Shown piece after piece: positions 29,019 to 40,721 of a DNA stretch of 64,000 bases. The translations under genes and the position numbers were made by a program. Each line of letters begins with the position of its first letter. Within the stretch, counting starts at the first letter, position 1. Below the pieces are notes generated by a model. That model was given only the letters and a program-made list of their open reading frames with translations. It made no database searches and was not told the DNA's origin. Source of the DNA: Patescibacteria group bacterium (GTDB taxonomy: Bacteria > Patescibacteriota > Microgenomatia > UBA1400 > PJMF01); the NCBI GenBank assembly GCA_016861205.1, contig BOKX01000001.1, forward strand, positions 8,539 to 72,538, read 5' to 3'.

Positions 29019-31442
29019 CTATGACTGGAAAGCTACCTTTAAAACTTGGTCAACAGTTTTGACCGGTTTGAAGGTGACTTCTTTTTTGACTGAGTCAGGG
29101 ATCTCGGCCAAATCACGGTGGTTGTCAGCAGGAATGAGCACGAGTTTTGTGCCAGCTCGGTGAGCCGCAATACTCTTCTCTTTCAGGCCACCAATGCGCA
29201 AAACTCGGCCGCGCAGTGTGACCTCGCCAGTCATGGCAACATCGCGTCGGACTGGTCGATTGGTGAAAGCTGAAACGATAGCGGTGGTCATGGTGATGCC
29301 AGCTGACGGTCCATCTTTAGGTACAGCACCCTCAGGGACGTGAATGTGGACGTCACTTTTATCAATTTTTTCAGTGGGAATTCCTAGTTGTTCGGCGTGT
29401 GACTTTACGTAGGTCAAGGCTGCTTGAGCCGACTCTTTCATGACATCACCCAGTTTACCGGTCAGTTGAATGGCACCTTTGCCAGGTGTGAGTGCAACTT
29501 CGATGAACAACACATCGCCACCAACTGCTGTCCAAGCCAAACCAGTGGCCAAGCCGACGCTGTCTTTGGCTTCAGTCAGCGTTACATCGTACTCAGGTGC
29601 ACCGAGGAACTCAATCAGCTTCTTGGCGGTTACCGTGGCTACTCGATTTGTCTTGACGGATAACAGCTGGCGAGCGACTTTGCGCAGCACTTTGCTGAGG
29701 GTTCGCTCTAAATGACGGACCCCAGCTTCTTTGGTGTAGCGCTCAATAATCGTTTTCAAAATCTCGTCATCAAGTTTGATTTGTTTGGCAGCAATGCCGT
29801 TAGCGGCTAAAACTTTTTTGAGCAAATGCTTTTTGGCAATTTGGAACTTCTCTTCTTGAGTGTAGCCAGTGTACTGGATAATTTCCAATCGATCGCGCAA
29901 AGCGGCTGGGATGGTTTCCAAGGTGTTTGCCGTGGTAATGAAGATAACATCGGACAGATCGTAAGGTACATCGAGATAATGATCTTCAAAACCATGATTT
30001 TGCTCGGGATCGAGGGCTTCCAGCAAAGCCGCAGATGGATCGCCGCGGAAGTCGTTGCCGATCTTATCGATTTCATCGAGCATGAAGACAGGGTTACTAC
30101 TCTTCGCTTGTTTCAAACCAGTGATGATGCGACCCGGCATAGCACCAACATAGGTGCGGCGATGACCACGAATCTCGGCCTCGTCGCGAATGCCACCAAG
30201 TGATACTTTGGTGAACTGGCGGCCGAGTGACTGGGCAATCGATTTGCCGATACTGGTTTTACCTACACCAGGTGGTCCCACAAAACACAAGATAGTGGGC
30301 ACACGTTTGTCTTCAGGTTTTTTCTGATTTTGCTTGAGTTGCATGACCGCGATGTACTCCAAGATGCGGTCTTTAACATCTTTCAAACCATAATGGTTGG
30401 TATTCAGTACTTTTTCGGCTTCACTCAAGTCAACTTTGGTGTCGTTTTTGACGCCCCAAGGCAACTCGAACATGGTATCGAGCCAAGTTCGCACATACCC
30501 CGACTCAGGGTTATTGACAGACATCTGTTTGAGTCGGCGAATTTCCTTGGCCACTTTGTCGCGCACCTCTACAGGGAACTTCGCTTTCTTCAACTTTTGC
30601 TGATACTCGCCGAGTACTTCTTCTTCGTCATCGAGCTCGCCGAGCTCTTTTTGAATGGTGCGCAAGCGCTCTCGCAAAATATTTTCGCGCATGTGTTTAT
30701 CAAATTTCTCTTGGGTTTTGTGAACTACATCCTTTTCGATTTCCAAGACTTTGGCTTCTCTGGCCAAGTGGTCGACTACTGTCCGTAGTCGCTCTTTGAC
30801 ATCCACCAACTCCAGCAGCGCTTGCTTATCTTTGGTTTTGATCGACAGGGTGCTGGCAATTTGATCGACCAGCTCGCCATCAGTGACGCCGCTCATCAGT
30901 TTCATGAAGTTCAAAAACTCCACTGGCTTGCCCATGTGGACGGCTTTGCGGAACTCTTTCTGCAAGTGAATTGCCAAGGCACGCTGTTCATCATCTTTGT
31001 GTGATACATCCTCGAGCTTGATAACTTGGGCTAAAAAGTTGGGGCTGGTTTTGAGGTAGCGCACGATCTGCACCCGGCCCAAACCGCGCATCAGCGCGTT
31101 GACTTGGTCGTCGGCGGCGAGCGTTCGCTCGACACTGGCCAGTGTCCCAACCGTGTAGAGGTCAGCTGGACTGGGGTCATTCACATTGGGGTGGCGCTGG
31201 CTGACGAGCACCACCAGCTTCTGGGTTTTCATGGACTCTTGAATAGCGGTGATCGAAAGCGGTCGCCCGAAGGTCAACACCGACTCAGTGCTGGGAAACA
31301 ATACTCCCTCGCGAATCGGGACCACCGGCAACACCAGCTGGTTGGCTGGCAATGGGCGCAGCACAGTTGGCTGCTCAGTAGTGGAGTTACCACCAGAGGG
31401 ATTCTGGGGGTCGTTGGTGCCTGGAAAGATTTCAGTCATCAT
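29019..31442 (-). CDS. lon: ATP-dependent Lon protease
   Basis: LON N-domain, AAA+ Walker [10 protein letters not shown], and protease domain with catalytic-site [11 protein letters not shown]. Confidence 0.95.
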   Translation of the reverse strand: MMTEIFPGTNDPQNPSGGNSTTEQPTVLRPLPANQLVLPVVPIREGVLFPSTESVLTFGRPLSITAIQESMKTQKLVVLVSQRHPNVNDPSPADLYTVGTLASVERTLAADDQVNALMRGLGRVQIVRYLKTSPNFLAQVIKLEDVSHKDDEQRALAIHLQKEFRKAVHMGKPVEFLNFMKLMSGVTDGELVDQIASTLSIKTKDKQALLELVDVKERLRTVVDHLAREAKVLEIEKDVVHKTQEKFDKHMRENILRERLRTIQKELGELDDEEEVLGEYQQKLKKAKFPVEVRDKVAKEIRRLKQMSVNNPESGYVRTWLDTMFELPWGVKNDTKVDLSEAEKVLNTNHYGLKDVKDRILEYIAVMQLKQNQKKPEDKRVPTILCFVGPPGVGKTSIGKSIAQSLGRQFTKVSLGGIRDEAEIRGHRRTYVGAMPGRIITGLKQAKSSNPVFMLDEIDKIGNDFRGDPSAALLEALDPEQNHGFEDHYLDVPYDLSDVIFITTANTLETIPAALRDRLEIIQYTGYTQEEKFQIAKKHLLKKVLAANGIAAKQIKLDDEILKTIIERYTKEAGVRHLERTLSKVLRKVARQLLSVKTNRVATVTAKKLIEFLGAPEYDVTLTEAKDSVGLATGLAWTAVGGDVLFIEVALTPGKGAIQLTGKLGDVMKESAQAALTYVKSHAEQLGIPTEKIDKSDVHIHVPEGAVPKDGPSAGITMTTAIVSAFTNRPVRRDVAMTGEVTLRGRVLRIGGLKEKSIAAHRAGTKLVLIPADNHRDLAEIPDSVKKEVTFKPVKTVDQVLKVAFQS

Positions 31443-31484
31443 CGTGAATTAGCATTCTAACGTGTCGACTGCTAAATGGCAAGA

Positions 31485-31548
31485 GTGCTTTTGGCCAAGT
31501 ATTCTCGGCCGCTCAAAAAGGCGCCCTTGAACACTTGGCCAAAAGCAC
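31485..31548. promoter_or_regulatory. Perfect 16-bp inverted repeat (GTGCTTTTGGCCAAGT ..32 nt.. ACTTGGCCAAAAGCAC) in the lon leader/intergenic region
   Basis: Arms at 31485-31500 and 31533-31548 are exact reverse complements. The element sits between the stop of the upstream gene (31624) and the lon start (31442). It is not followed by a U-tract on the coding (minus) strand. Confidence 0.5.
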
Positions 31549-31623
31549 GATTAGAGTGAATATTTTTGACAGCAAAAAGGCATCTTCAAACCCAAGCAAG
31601 AAGGCCTGGTTCTGGGGTAGTGA

Positions 31624-32445
31624 CTATGCAAACTGAAACAGAACCTTGATGTGCCGAGCTTCGGATTGAATTGAAATTGAAGGTTGGACCCCAGTTTCCA
31701 AGCGGATTTTTTCGGCGACGGCTTGGACTTTGCGAATGTTGCCCTCTCCTATGCCGTGGATGGCTAGCTTTCGCCACCCATACTTAATAACCAGTTCCTT
31801 TTTACTTAGTACCTCACGGACGATCTCTTCTTCTGTTTCGTGGAGCGAAACAAACACCGCAAAAGGTTGTTCGGTCACAATTGATTCATAAATGTCAAAA
31901 AACTTTTGGTTTTCACTGTCACCTTGTTTGCTAAGCTGTTCCCAAAGAGGCCTGATGATTTGTTCTAAATAGTTGGCTGTGCACAAATTGGTAATATTTT
32001 TGGCTCGGTCGCCGAATCTGCCGATTAAATCAAATCTAAGCTCGGTGGCCCGCTGGTTGTTGCCTTGTAGATGTTGGTGCCGAACCAGCAGTGCACCTTT
32101 CCAGATGACTCGGTCGCGGACGGGTATTTTTTCGTGTGCAAAACTTATCAACTGAGGGTCAATGCCAGGATGTTGCTCAAAGTCTTCGATCTCTTGAATT
32201 TTGGTTTGAGATTCGTCAGACAAAAGAATGGCATTTTCTTCTTGGACGGCCTGCTTAATAATTTGAGGCAGCAGTGTTTCCCGTTCTTTGGTCGTCAGTT
32301 CAGCTACATTGAGCTGAATCGCATTTCCCTCAACAATTGTCCGAGGACCGTTCTCAACGTTCACCAAGGCGATTTTGGCTCGGTTCAAGTTATGGCTGAT
32401 ATCCCCACCAATGAGTTGTTTGAGGTTGTCCAAGAAAGAAGGCAT
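31624..32445 (-). CDS. Hypothetical protein (possible Smr-like C-terminal region)
   Basis: 273 aa. The C-terminal segment ...VFVSLHETEEEIVREVL...KLAIHGIGEGNIRKVQAV loosely resembles the two Smr motifs (LDLHG / IHGKGxG). Weak. Confidence 0.35.
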   Translation of the reverse strand: MPSFLDNLKQLIGGDISHNLNRAKIALVNVENGPRTIVEGNAIQLNVAELTTKERETLLPQIIKQAVQEENAILLSDESQTKIQEIEDFEQHPGIDPQLISFAHEKIPVRDRVIWKGALLVRHQHLQGNNQRATELRFDLIGRFGDRAKNITNLCTANYLEQIIRPLWEQLSKQGDSENQKFFDIYESIVTEQPFAVFVSLHETEEEIVREVLSKKELVIKYGWRKLAIHGIGEGNIRKVQAVAEKIRLETGVQPSISIQSEARHIKVLFQFA

Positions 32446-32450
32446 CTGGT

Positions 32451-32693
32451 TTAGGCAGATTTTTTAAGATACTTATCGTAAAAAGTGATTAAAGACGCAA
32501 TATCATCACGGACAAAAATTTCGGAACCCTTTTTGATGCCCCCGAATTCACCAAGGGTCATCTCTTGTCCATCATGACTAAGCACACGATAGCCTGAGTT
32601 TTTTTCAGTCACAAAACCGTCGCTATCAACCGTTTTATCAAAAACCTTCAGGATGTATTCTTTGAGGTTTTGAGCAAAAGTAATGGATGTCAT
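32451..32693 (-). CDS. Hypothetical small protein
   Basis: 81 aa from the Met of MTSITFAQNL. It stops 6 bp upstream of the next ORF start and lies immediately downstream of tRNA-Ile. Confidence 0.4.
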   Translation of the reverse strand: MTSITFAQNLKEYILKVFDKTVDSDGFVTEKNSGYRVLSHDGQEMTLGEFGGIKKGSEIFVRDDIASLITFYDKYLKKSA

Positions 32694-32752
32694 TGTGTTG
32701 GAGCAGTTAAAACTATAGTGCAACTATACCGCAGTTTAACTTTAAATCAAGC

Positions 32753-32829
32753 TGGTGGGTGTACTACGAATCGAACGTAGGACCTCTGTCTTATCAGGAC
32801 AGCGCTCTAACCGTCTGAGCTATACACCC
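32753..32829 (-). tRNA. tRNA-Ile (anticodon GAT), CCA encoded
   Basis: Reverse complement GGGTGTATAGCTCAGACGGTTAGAGCGCTGTCCTGATAAGACAGAGGTCCTACGTTCGATTCGTAGTACACCCACCA. Perfect 7-bp acceptor stem, anticodon loop CTGATAA. Confidence 0.92.
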
Positions 32830-32897
32830 ATCTCGAGTGGGCAGCCGCCGTAACACGGCGGATTCAGAAAGATATTTTAACATATCTTTGCTCAAAG

Positions 32898-33341
32898 TCA
32901 GTCCCGAGGTTCGGTGAGTTGGTCGAGGTCGGCTACAATTTCATCAAACATAATCTGATCTTCTGTCCCAGCTAACAAATGCCGTCTCAGTTTTGGTAGT
33001 CGAGGTACAGCTGAGTTCAGGGCGTTCTCGATGATTCGCTGGTGACGAGGTGACCTAACCTGGCCATAATATATTTGCAGGCCAAATAAAATGTTAATTG
33101 GTAGGCAAAGACTCCAAAATCCCAAGCTAAAGTACGGCACATTTTCCACCACAAAAGCTTCGGAGACAGCTAACCCCGCAAACAGGGCGTTAAACATCAG
33201 ACCCCAGCAACAGCCATTGGCTTGGAGTGACTGGCTATTAATATAGTCAGCGACCAGTTGCTCCCCCACCGGATGGTACCAATCATAGGTGGGTTCTTCA
33301 GTGGTTGGGCTGGTTGAGGTTGTTTCGGCTCTTTTTGCCAT
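32898..33341 (-). CDS. Hypothetical small membrane protein
   Basis: 147 aa with two or three TM helices in the C-terminal half and a Thr/Pro-rich N-terminus. Confidence 0.4.
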   Translation of the reverse strand: MAKRAETTSTSPTTEEPTYDWYHPVGEQLVADYINSQSLQANGCCWGLMFNALFAGLAVSEAFVVENVPYFSLGFWSLCLPINILFGLQIYYGQVRSPRHQRIIENALNSAVPRLPKLRRHLLAGTEDQIMFDEIVADLDQLTEPRD

Positions 33342-33424
33342 CTTGGCTGGTTATCCTATAACCAAGACCAGCCAAACACAAGTCGAGAACATGAGGTCAG
33401 TGGTGCTTTCACCAGCAACGGCCA

Positions 33425-35989
33425 CTACTTGGTGTCAAACTGGAACTTTTCCCCGTCCCAGCTGACGCTGACCGTTTGTCCCTCTTTAAGTTGGCCACCG
33501 ATGAGTGCGGTGGATAGCTCGTTGAGCAAGGTGTTTTGAATCAGCCGCTTAAGTGGTCGGGCGCCGAACACCAGGTCGTAGCCAGTAGTCGCGAAGTGGT
33601 CGATAGCTGAATCAGCCACCTTGAGCTTGATGTCCTTTGGTGCCAGTCGGTTGGCGAGATGTTCAATCTGGAGTTTGACTATCTGTCGCAGCTCTTCTGG
33701 TGATAATGGTTGGAAAATAACTGTTTCATCAATCCGGTTCAAGAACTCGGGCCGGAACGTTTGACTCAAAATGCCTTCCAAAGCCACCCGTTGGTCGGCG
33801 GGTTGGCCGGGGTTTTGCATGATGATGTCGCTGCCCAAGTTGGACGTCATGATGATGAGGGTGTTTTTGAAGTTGACGGTGCGGCCCTTGCTATCAGTCA
33901 GCTGGCCGTCATCGAGCACTTGGAGAAGGACGTTAAACACCTCGGGATGCGCTTTCTCGACTTCGTCGAGTAAGATGACCGTATAAGGATGGCGGCGAAC
34001 CGCCTCTGTTAGCTGGCCACCTTCTTCGTAGCCGACATAGCCAGGGGGCGAGCCGATTAGGCGAGCCACCGAGTGTTTTTCCATGTACTCGCTCATGTCG
34101 ATACGGACCATTAAGTGTTCGTCGTTGAATAGGATTTCAGCCAAGGCTTTGGCCAGCTCCGTTTTCCCCACCCCAGTTGGGCCGAGGAACAAGAATGAGC
34201 CGATGGGTCGCTGGGGTTCACTGATGCCAGCCCGACTGCGGCGGACAGCGTTAGCGACCGCGCGAACGGCTTCGCTTTGGCCCACCACGCGTTTACCGAG
34301 TTCAGTCTCCAGGTGCAGCAGCTTATCACTTTCGCTACTGAGCATTTTTTGGACTGGGATGCCGGTCCAGCGGGAGACGACCGCAGCGATATCTTCTTCA
34401 GTGACTTCTTCTTTCAAAATCGAGGTGTTTTTCTGAATCTCGACCAACTTGGCCTGAGCTGTTTTCATCTCAGTTTCTAACTTGGGGATTTCACCGTACT
34501 TAATCTCGGCGGCTCGCTGCAAGTTGACCTCGCGCTCGGCCCGAGCTGCTTCTTCGCGTAACTCATCCAGTTTTTGGCTAGCCGTTTTTAACTCTTCGAT
34601 GGCACTTTTTTCAGTTTGCCACTGGAGGTCAAGTTCACGGTGTTGCTCTTTGAGTTCAGCCAGTTCTTTGTCCAGTTCGTGCAAGCGTTGCGTCGAAGCA
34701 TCATCCTTTTCTTTCTTCAACGCTTCTTTCTCAATTTCCAGCTGGCGAATTTTGTGTTCGAGCTGATCGATAGCGGTCGGTTTGCTATCGATTTCGAGCC
34801 GAATCGCTGACGCGGCTTCATCCATCAGATCGATGGCTTTGTCCGGCAAAAATCGATCACTAATGTAGCGATCTGACAGCTGGACCGCTGCCACAATCGC
34901 GTTGTCGCGGATGCGCACCCCGTGATGGGCTTCATACTTCTCTTTGACCCCGCGCAAAATGGAGATGGCATCCTCGATAGATGGTTCTTCGACCATCACT
35001 GGCTGGAAGCGGCGCTCAAGGGCGGCATCTTTTTCAATATACTTCCGGTACTCTTTGAGTGTGGTGGCGCCAATGGTGCGCAACTGGCCACGGGCGAGGG
35101 CTGGTTTGAGCAAATTGCCAGCATCAGTCGAACCTTCTTGGGCACCGGCGCCGACGATGGTGTGCAGTTCGTCGATGAACAAAATAACTTGGCCGTCAGT
35201 GCTTTCGATCTCTTTAATAACGGCTTTCAAACGATCTTCAAACTCACCTCGGTACTTAGCCCCGGCGATCAAAGCACCCATGTCGAGCGCCATGACTCGT
35301 TTGTTGCGCAGTGCGTCGGGGACGTCGCCTTCCACAATTTTACGTGCCAAACCTTCGACGATGGCTGTTTTACCAGTGCCTGGTTCCCCCACGAGTACCG
35401 GATTGTTTTTGGTGCGGCGGGACAAAATTTGAGTCACTCGCCGGATTTCCTCATCACGCCCGATGACCGGGTCAACTTTCCCCTTCTCTGCCAGGGCAGT
35501 TAAGTCTTGGGCATACTTTTCGAGGGCCTGGTACTTACTTTCAGGATCGGGATCGGTGACGCGCTGGTGGCCACGCAAATCAGTCAAGACAGCTAAGACT
35601 TCTTCTCGATTAACACCAACAACTGCTGCCACTGATTTTAAGCTCAGCAAGCCTAAGAACAAGTGTTCGGTGCTCAAGTACTCATCACGTAGCTGGGTGG
35701 CTTCTGTCTCAGCTTGGTCGAGCACTCGACGGAGGTCACTAGAGGCGCTGGCGGGCGAAGAGCTTGAGATGGTGGGTAGTTTGCCGAGTTCAGTTTTGAC
35801 GGCGGCAGCAACGGAGTCAGGGTTCTGCTCGAGTTTTTGCAGTAACTTGGGCACAATACCCTCTGGCTGCTCGATGAGCACCAGCAGCAGGTGCCAGGGA
35901 GTTAACTCGCTGTGATTCAGTTTGCCACTCAACTGCATGGCACCCTGAATGGCCTCGGCGGCCTTGGTGGTGAAGTTGTTGAGGTTCAT
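33425..35989 (-). CDS. clpB: ATP-dependent chaperone ClpB
   Basis: Clp N-domain repeats, two AAA+ modules (GEPGTGKTA; GPTGVGKTE) and a long M-domain coiled coil between them. Start set at [13 protein letters not shown]; the longer ORF carries a hydrophobic N-terminal extension. Confidence 0.93.
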   Translation of the reverse strand: MNLNNFTTKAAEAIQGAMQLSGKLNHSELTPWHLLLVLIEQPEGIVPKLLQKLEQNPDSVAAAVKTELGKLPTISSSSPASASSDLRRVLDQAETEATQLRDEYLSTEHLFLGLLSLKSVAAVVGVNREEVLAVLTDLRGHQRVTDPDPESKYQALEKYAQDLTALAEKGKVDPVIGRDEEIRRVTQILSRRTKNNPVLVGEPGTGKTAIVEGLARKIVEGDVPDALRNKRVMALDMGALIAGAKYRGEFEDRLKAVIKEIESTDGQVILFIDELHTIVGAGAQEGSTDAGNLLKPALARGQLRTIGATTLKEYRKYIEKDAALERRFQPVMVEEPSIEDAISILRGVKEKYEAHHGVRIRDNAIVAAVQLSDRYISDRFLPDKAIDLMDEAASAIRLEIDSKPTAIDQLEHKIRQLEIEKEALKKEKDDASTQRLHELDKELAELKEQHRELDLQWQTEKSAIEELKTASQKLDELREEAARAEREVNLQRAAEIKYGEIPKLETEMKTAQAKLVEIQKNTSILKEEVTEEDIAAVVSRWTGIPVQKMLSSESDKLLHLETELGKRVVGQSEAVRAVANAVRRSRAGISEPQRPIGSFLFLGPTGVGKTELAKALAEILFNDEHLMVRIDMSEYMEKHSVARLIGSPPGYVGYEEGGQLTEAVRRHPYTVILLDEVEKAHPEVFNVLLQVLDDGQLTDSKGRTVNFKNTLIIMTSNLGSDIIMQNPGQPADQRVALEGILSQTFRPEFLNRIDETVIFQPLSPEELRQIVKLQIEHLANRLAPKDIKLKVADSAIDHFATTGYDLVFGARPLKRLIQNTLLNELSTALIGGQLKEGQTVSVSWDGEKFQFDTK

Positions 35990-36036
35990 ATACCTGCCAA
36001 TTGTACCGAGTTGTCCAAAAGCTGTGAAGAGGCAAA

Positions 36037-36063
36037 TTAGCAGAGTAAGGCTATGACTGCTAA
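36037..36063. promoter_or_regulatory. CIRCE-like inverted repeat TTAGCAGAGT-N7-GACTGCTAA upstream of clpB
   Basis: About 48-74 bp upstream of the clpB start. The outer arms TTAGCAG/CTGCTAA are perfect. CIRCE consensus is TTAGCACTC-N9-GAGTGCTAA. Followed by the perfect palindromes GATTGATATATCAATC (36084-36099) and ATCTATTT..AAATAGAT. Confidence 0.4.
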
Positions 36064-36139
36064 TTTGGCTTGTCAGAAAAGAAGATTGATATATCAATCT
36101 ATTTCAATATATATAAAAATAGATCAAAATAGCTGCGAA

Positions 36140-37177
36140 TTAACTCACCACTTGGCACGCTTCGGCCACCAGGGTCGACTCGGTTAGTAACTGCTGGGTG
36201 TAGCGAAACTTGAACTCAGTGTGGTCTCCAAAAGCAATCTCACTCATGGGCCCGAACCACTCGGAGGCGTCAAAGTGATACTCGGTGTGAGGGTTTGGCA
36301 TAACCTCGAGCACGAACTGGAGAGGTAGCTGACCGTATGCCCAGAGCGAGCCTGATCGCGCGTCTGGTTCGATTGACACCCGCTGCCAAGATTGATCGCT
36401 GATCTCACCGTCTTTCTGTGAGTTAGGCGCCAAGTCGTTAGCCATCTCAATGATTCGTAGCAGCCGCCAGTAAAACGCCAGCTCGGCCCACCGAGCCAGT
36501 TGCGGATCGGTCTCGGTTTGGGCAATGTATGCCAAGGCTTCTAGAGAGATGATTTGAGCGGTCGTCTCCACCGTGGCTTTGAGGAGCAGTTCTTGTTCTG
36601 AGCTTGTTTTTGACCATTGGCTATACATGGCTTCGATAGCTACCAACTGTTGCGAACTCAAGTGGCTACCTTCATGCGCTAAGGTGGCCAAAAACTGAAC
36701 TAGTTGCGATTGTGGTTGAATAGCTGGATCAACTTGCTCTCTCGGCACATAGACTTGGTGTGTACTATCGACATGAGCAGCGATGCCAAAATAGGTGGTC
36801 ATTGGGTTTTGCGGTTGCAGATTGGTTATCTGCCAAGTCATCGTGCCTAGTCCGAGCTCGACCATGACGCCCTGCACGTAGTTAACCCAGTCAACCGCGT
36901 TTTGTTCGGACAGATTAGTGAGCCAGTTGGAATCATAACTATGGAAAACCGTGTCACGAAGGGCAGCTAGACAGGTGTCGCGGTCTCCAAAATCGGTGTT
37001 GGGCAGCAGCAAGTGTGTTAGGTTTTGGTCGGCTAAGTGGTCTAAGAAGGTTTGGGGCTGATCGATAGCTGGCGGACTTTGTAACAGGATGAAGAGGTAC
37101 AGCCAATAGACATGCAAACTGACCAGCGCGAGGATCACTTCTGGGGTGGTTTGGGTGAATCGTTCCTTGAGTTGCAT
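36140..37177 (-). CDS. Hypothetical protein
   Basis: 345 aa ORF, N-terminal TM helix, no recognisable domain. Confidence 0.4.
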   Translation of the reverse strand: MQLKERFTQTTPEVILALVSLHVYWLYLFILLQSPPAIDQPQTFLDHLADQNLTHLLLPNTDFGDRDTCLAALRDTVFHSYDSNWLTNLSEQNAVDWVNYVQGVMVELGLGTMTWQITNLQPQNPMTTYFGIAAHVDSTHQVYVPREQVDPAIQPQSQLVQFLATLAHEGSHLSSQQLVAIEAMYSQWSKTSSEQELLLKATVETTAQIISLEALAYIAQTETDPQLARWAELAFYWRLLRIIEMANDLAPNSQKDGEISDQSWQRVSIEPDARSGSLWAYGQLPLQFVLEVMPNPHTEYHFDASEWFGPMSEIAFGDHTEFKFRYTQQLLTESTLVAEACQVVS

Positions 37178-37248
37178 AGACCGAGTTGGTCGGGATTGTA
37201 CTGATTTTTATTGGGAACTCAAGATGCCGGAGAAATTTGAGTGCGGTT

Positions 37249-37809
37249 TTACTGCCGCTGATAGGTGAAAAAAACCTGTGGAATACTGTCTATGACTGGT
37301 TGTGGTTGCGGGAGTCGGCTTACGTCCCGACGATAGGTCTGTTTGGGCACGATTTCGATAACGTTTTCATCGAGGTGAGTAGTGAAGCGGGCCATAAAGT
37401 CTTGGCCAATGGCGGTGTAGCCGTGGCGGTGGAAGTAGTCATCGAAAGCGGCATCGCGATCAGTGACCGACGAAGTTGAGAAGTAGCGGAGGTGTTTGAT
37501 GGGTTTATCTTGCAGCTGGGCCAGTTGCTGGCCAACTTCCTTGGCTAACGGCGAGGTTCGTTTGCAGAGGGCAGCCAAGATAGGGTTGTAGGCTTTGATC
37601 TCGGGCAAATCCCACTCGTCATAGTAGTAAATTGCTACCCAACCATCGGCCAATGGTTGTGGCTCTGGCCGGAGTGGCTCTGGGCCGCGCAGGTGTTGCA
37701 GCGGCTCTAACACGAGTATCTGGAGTAGTTCGGCGGGTGCATTAGCAAGTAACCGCCATAACTGGCCAGGGTTTTCTGTAGTTTGGGGGGTGTTTTCGTG
37801 GTGGGTCAT
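37249..37809 (-). CDS. Hypothetical protein
   Basis: 186 aa ORF immediately downstream of the 16S terminator, no recognisable domain. Confidence 0.4.
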   Translation of the reverse strand: MTHHENTPQTTENPGQLWRLLANAPAELLQILVLEPLQHLRGPEPLRPEPQPLADGWVAIYYYDEWDLPEIKAYNPILAALCKRTSPLAKEVGQQLAQLQDKPIKHLRYFSTSSVTDRDAAFDDYFHRHGYTAIGQDFMARFTTHLDENVIEIVPKQTYRRDVSRLPQPQPVIDSIPQVFFTYQRQ

Positions 37810-37879
37810 AGTTCAGTTTGATTTGATTTGGTGTTTTGCAGTATACCATCGGTTCAGCCCGTTGAAAATTTTTAACCAC

Positions 37880-37915
37880 AAAAAAACCACCTCAAGAAAG
37901 GTGGCTGTTTTTTTT
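37880..37915. terminator. Bidirectional rho-independent terminator (A7-CCACCT-caagaa-AGGTGG-ctg-T8) about 155 bp past the 16S 3' end
   Basis: 6-bp GC-rich stem flanked by an A-run on one side and a T-run on the other. On the minus strand it reads as hairpin plus U8 directly downstream of the 16S gene. Confidence 0.6.
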
Positions 37916-38068
37916 GCATCTGACGCAAACACGGCGGTAGAAACCAGTTCACTTTTCACCCGAGGGTGAAAAGCAGCCCAGGTATGGTGACCATGGGACT
38001 TGGTTGTTTCATCACTATTACTAGTGAAGGGAAAATAAGGGGTCGTGATGTCCCTACCCATTCTCCTT

Positions 38069-39545
<1,477 letters not shown>

Positions 39546-39920
39546 AAAAAAAGTTTGATTGCTCTATTTAAAAAAATTGTACGGATTTTCTGTCCATCGA
39601 AAGATGGTAGAAATTCCGACAATTCTAGATCCGAAGATCTAGAGTCCAGTTTCTACCACCATGTTCGTTTCAGATGATGTATGAATGTATATTCATACAT
39701 TTTTTCCTTAGTGAATGATGGTTAGCTGTCAAATTCACTAAGGTCTTAACTTGTTAACGATCATAGAAACTCATGCAAAAACCCCACTGGTGTTTCACCG
39801 GTGGTGCTATACTGAGTTTAAATCTGAGACTAGTTCCCGTGTGGGCTTGGTCCGAAGAAACATTATTCTAACAAAATTGAGCCAGATGTCAAAGGGAAGA
39901 ATTACAAGGAAAGGAAACCT

Positions 39921-40721
39921 ATGGCAGTTGAACAAGGTTACAATCCAGAAGCTGAGCCACCAAAGCGTGAGGTGGTGGCAAAACTGAATCAGAGTCATAG
40001 CGAAGAGCTGTTAGGAGCTGTCTTAGGTGAGAAAATTATTGAGCCACAACCAGAGGTACTGCAGCGATCGCCGGCACTTTTTGAAAGTTTAGGTATCACT
40101 GTTCAGAAAAGTGAAGATACTGGAAAACACCAGGTCGCGATCGATGCTTCACACTTGGGAAAAACCTTGGCCAGAAAAATGTGGAAGGAAAAAATCTGGT
40201 TTTTGGCTCGCCCGCCACAAGAAATTGTCGCTCAGTACCGGACTTTGCTTGGCTTATCCCAAGAGTTTGGCCAGGTACCAGCTAACGTGATGACCCACAT
40301 GTACATGTTGGGACGGCAGCCAAGTGCTGAAAAACTGAGTCGGGTTGTGGATCGTCAGTTCGGCGTCGGCCAAGAGTTGCTATCAGCCTGGTTAGCACTG
40401 GCCTCAGCCTTACCGCCGTTTTTAGCTCGATCGGAACGTTTCCCTTTGAAAGACGATGTGATCACGGTGGTACAGAAGGTATGGAACGATGCCTTGGCAA
40501 TGGAGACCGCTTTGGGTGACCTCAAAGGTATTTTGGCAGCACACCCAGAGCTGCAGCTCACTCCTGGGCAAACGCAAATTCTCCGTGTTTGGGAACAAAA
40601 ATTGCCGCAATTGTTGGCTGGTTTACCCGCCGAGTACAAACCGAAACTGGAGGAGTTGTCAACTGAAACAACCGGTCACATTCAACCAGTTCGGCGAGTC
40701 ACACCACCGAACGAGGGCTGA
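39921..40721 (+). CDS. Hypothetical protein
   Basis: 266 aa ORF divergent from the 16S gene. An AT-rich 375-bp leader with hairpins lies upstream. No recognisable domain. Confidence 0.4.
   Translation: MAVEQGYNPEAEPPKREVVAKLNQSHSEELLGAVLGEKIIEPQPEVLQRSPALFESLGITVQKSEDTGKHQVAIDASHLGKTLARKMWKEKIWFLARPPQEIVAQYRTLLGLSQEFGQVPANVMTHMYMLGRQPSAEKLSRVVDRQFGVGQELLSAWLALASALPPFLARSERFPLKDDVITVVQKVWNDALAMETALGDLKGILAAHPELQLTPGQTQILRVWEQKLPQLLAGLPAEYKPKLEELSTETTGHIQPVRRVTPPNEG

Noticed and set aside
31461-31623. The lon-leader inverted repeat as a CIRCE (HrcA) or HAIR (HspR) element
   Set aside because: The arm sequence GTGCTTTTGGCCAAGT matches neither TTAGCACTC-N9-GAGTGCTAA nor CTTGAGT-N7-ACTCAAG. It is kept as a feature of unknown function only.
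32753-32829. tRNA-Ile(GAT) as part of a 16S-23S spacer (an intact rRNA operon)
   Set aside because: It is ~5.2 kb from the 16S 3' end. A U-tract terminator and five protein-coding genes intervene, and no 23S follows it.
33710-35915. Multiple 60-190 aa ORFs antisense or out-of-frame within clpB (for example 34922-35503, 35463-35915), and similar ones within lon, uvrA and pcrA
   Set aside because: They are embedded in well-supported long genes and have low-complexity or biased composition. They are spurious.
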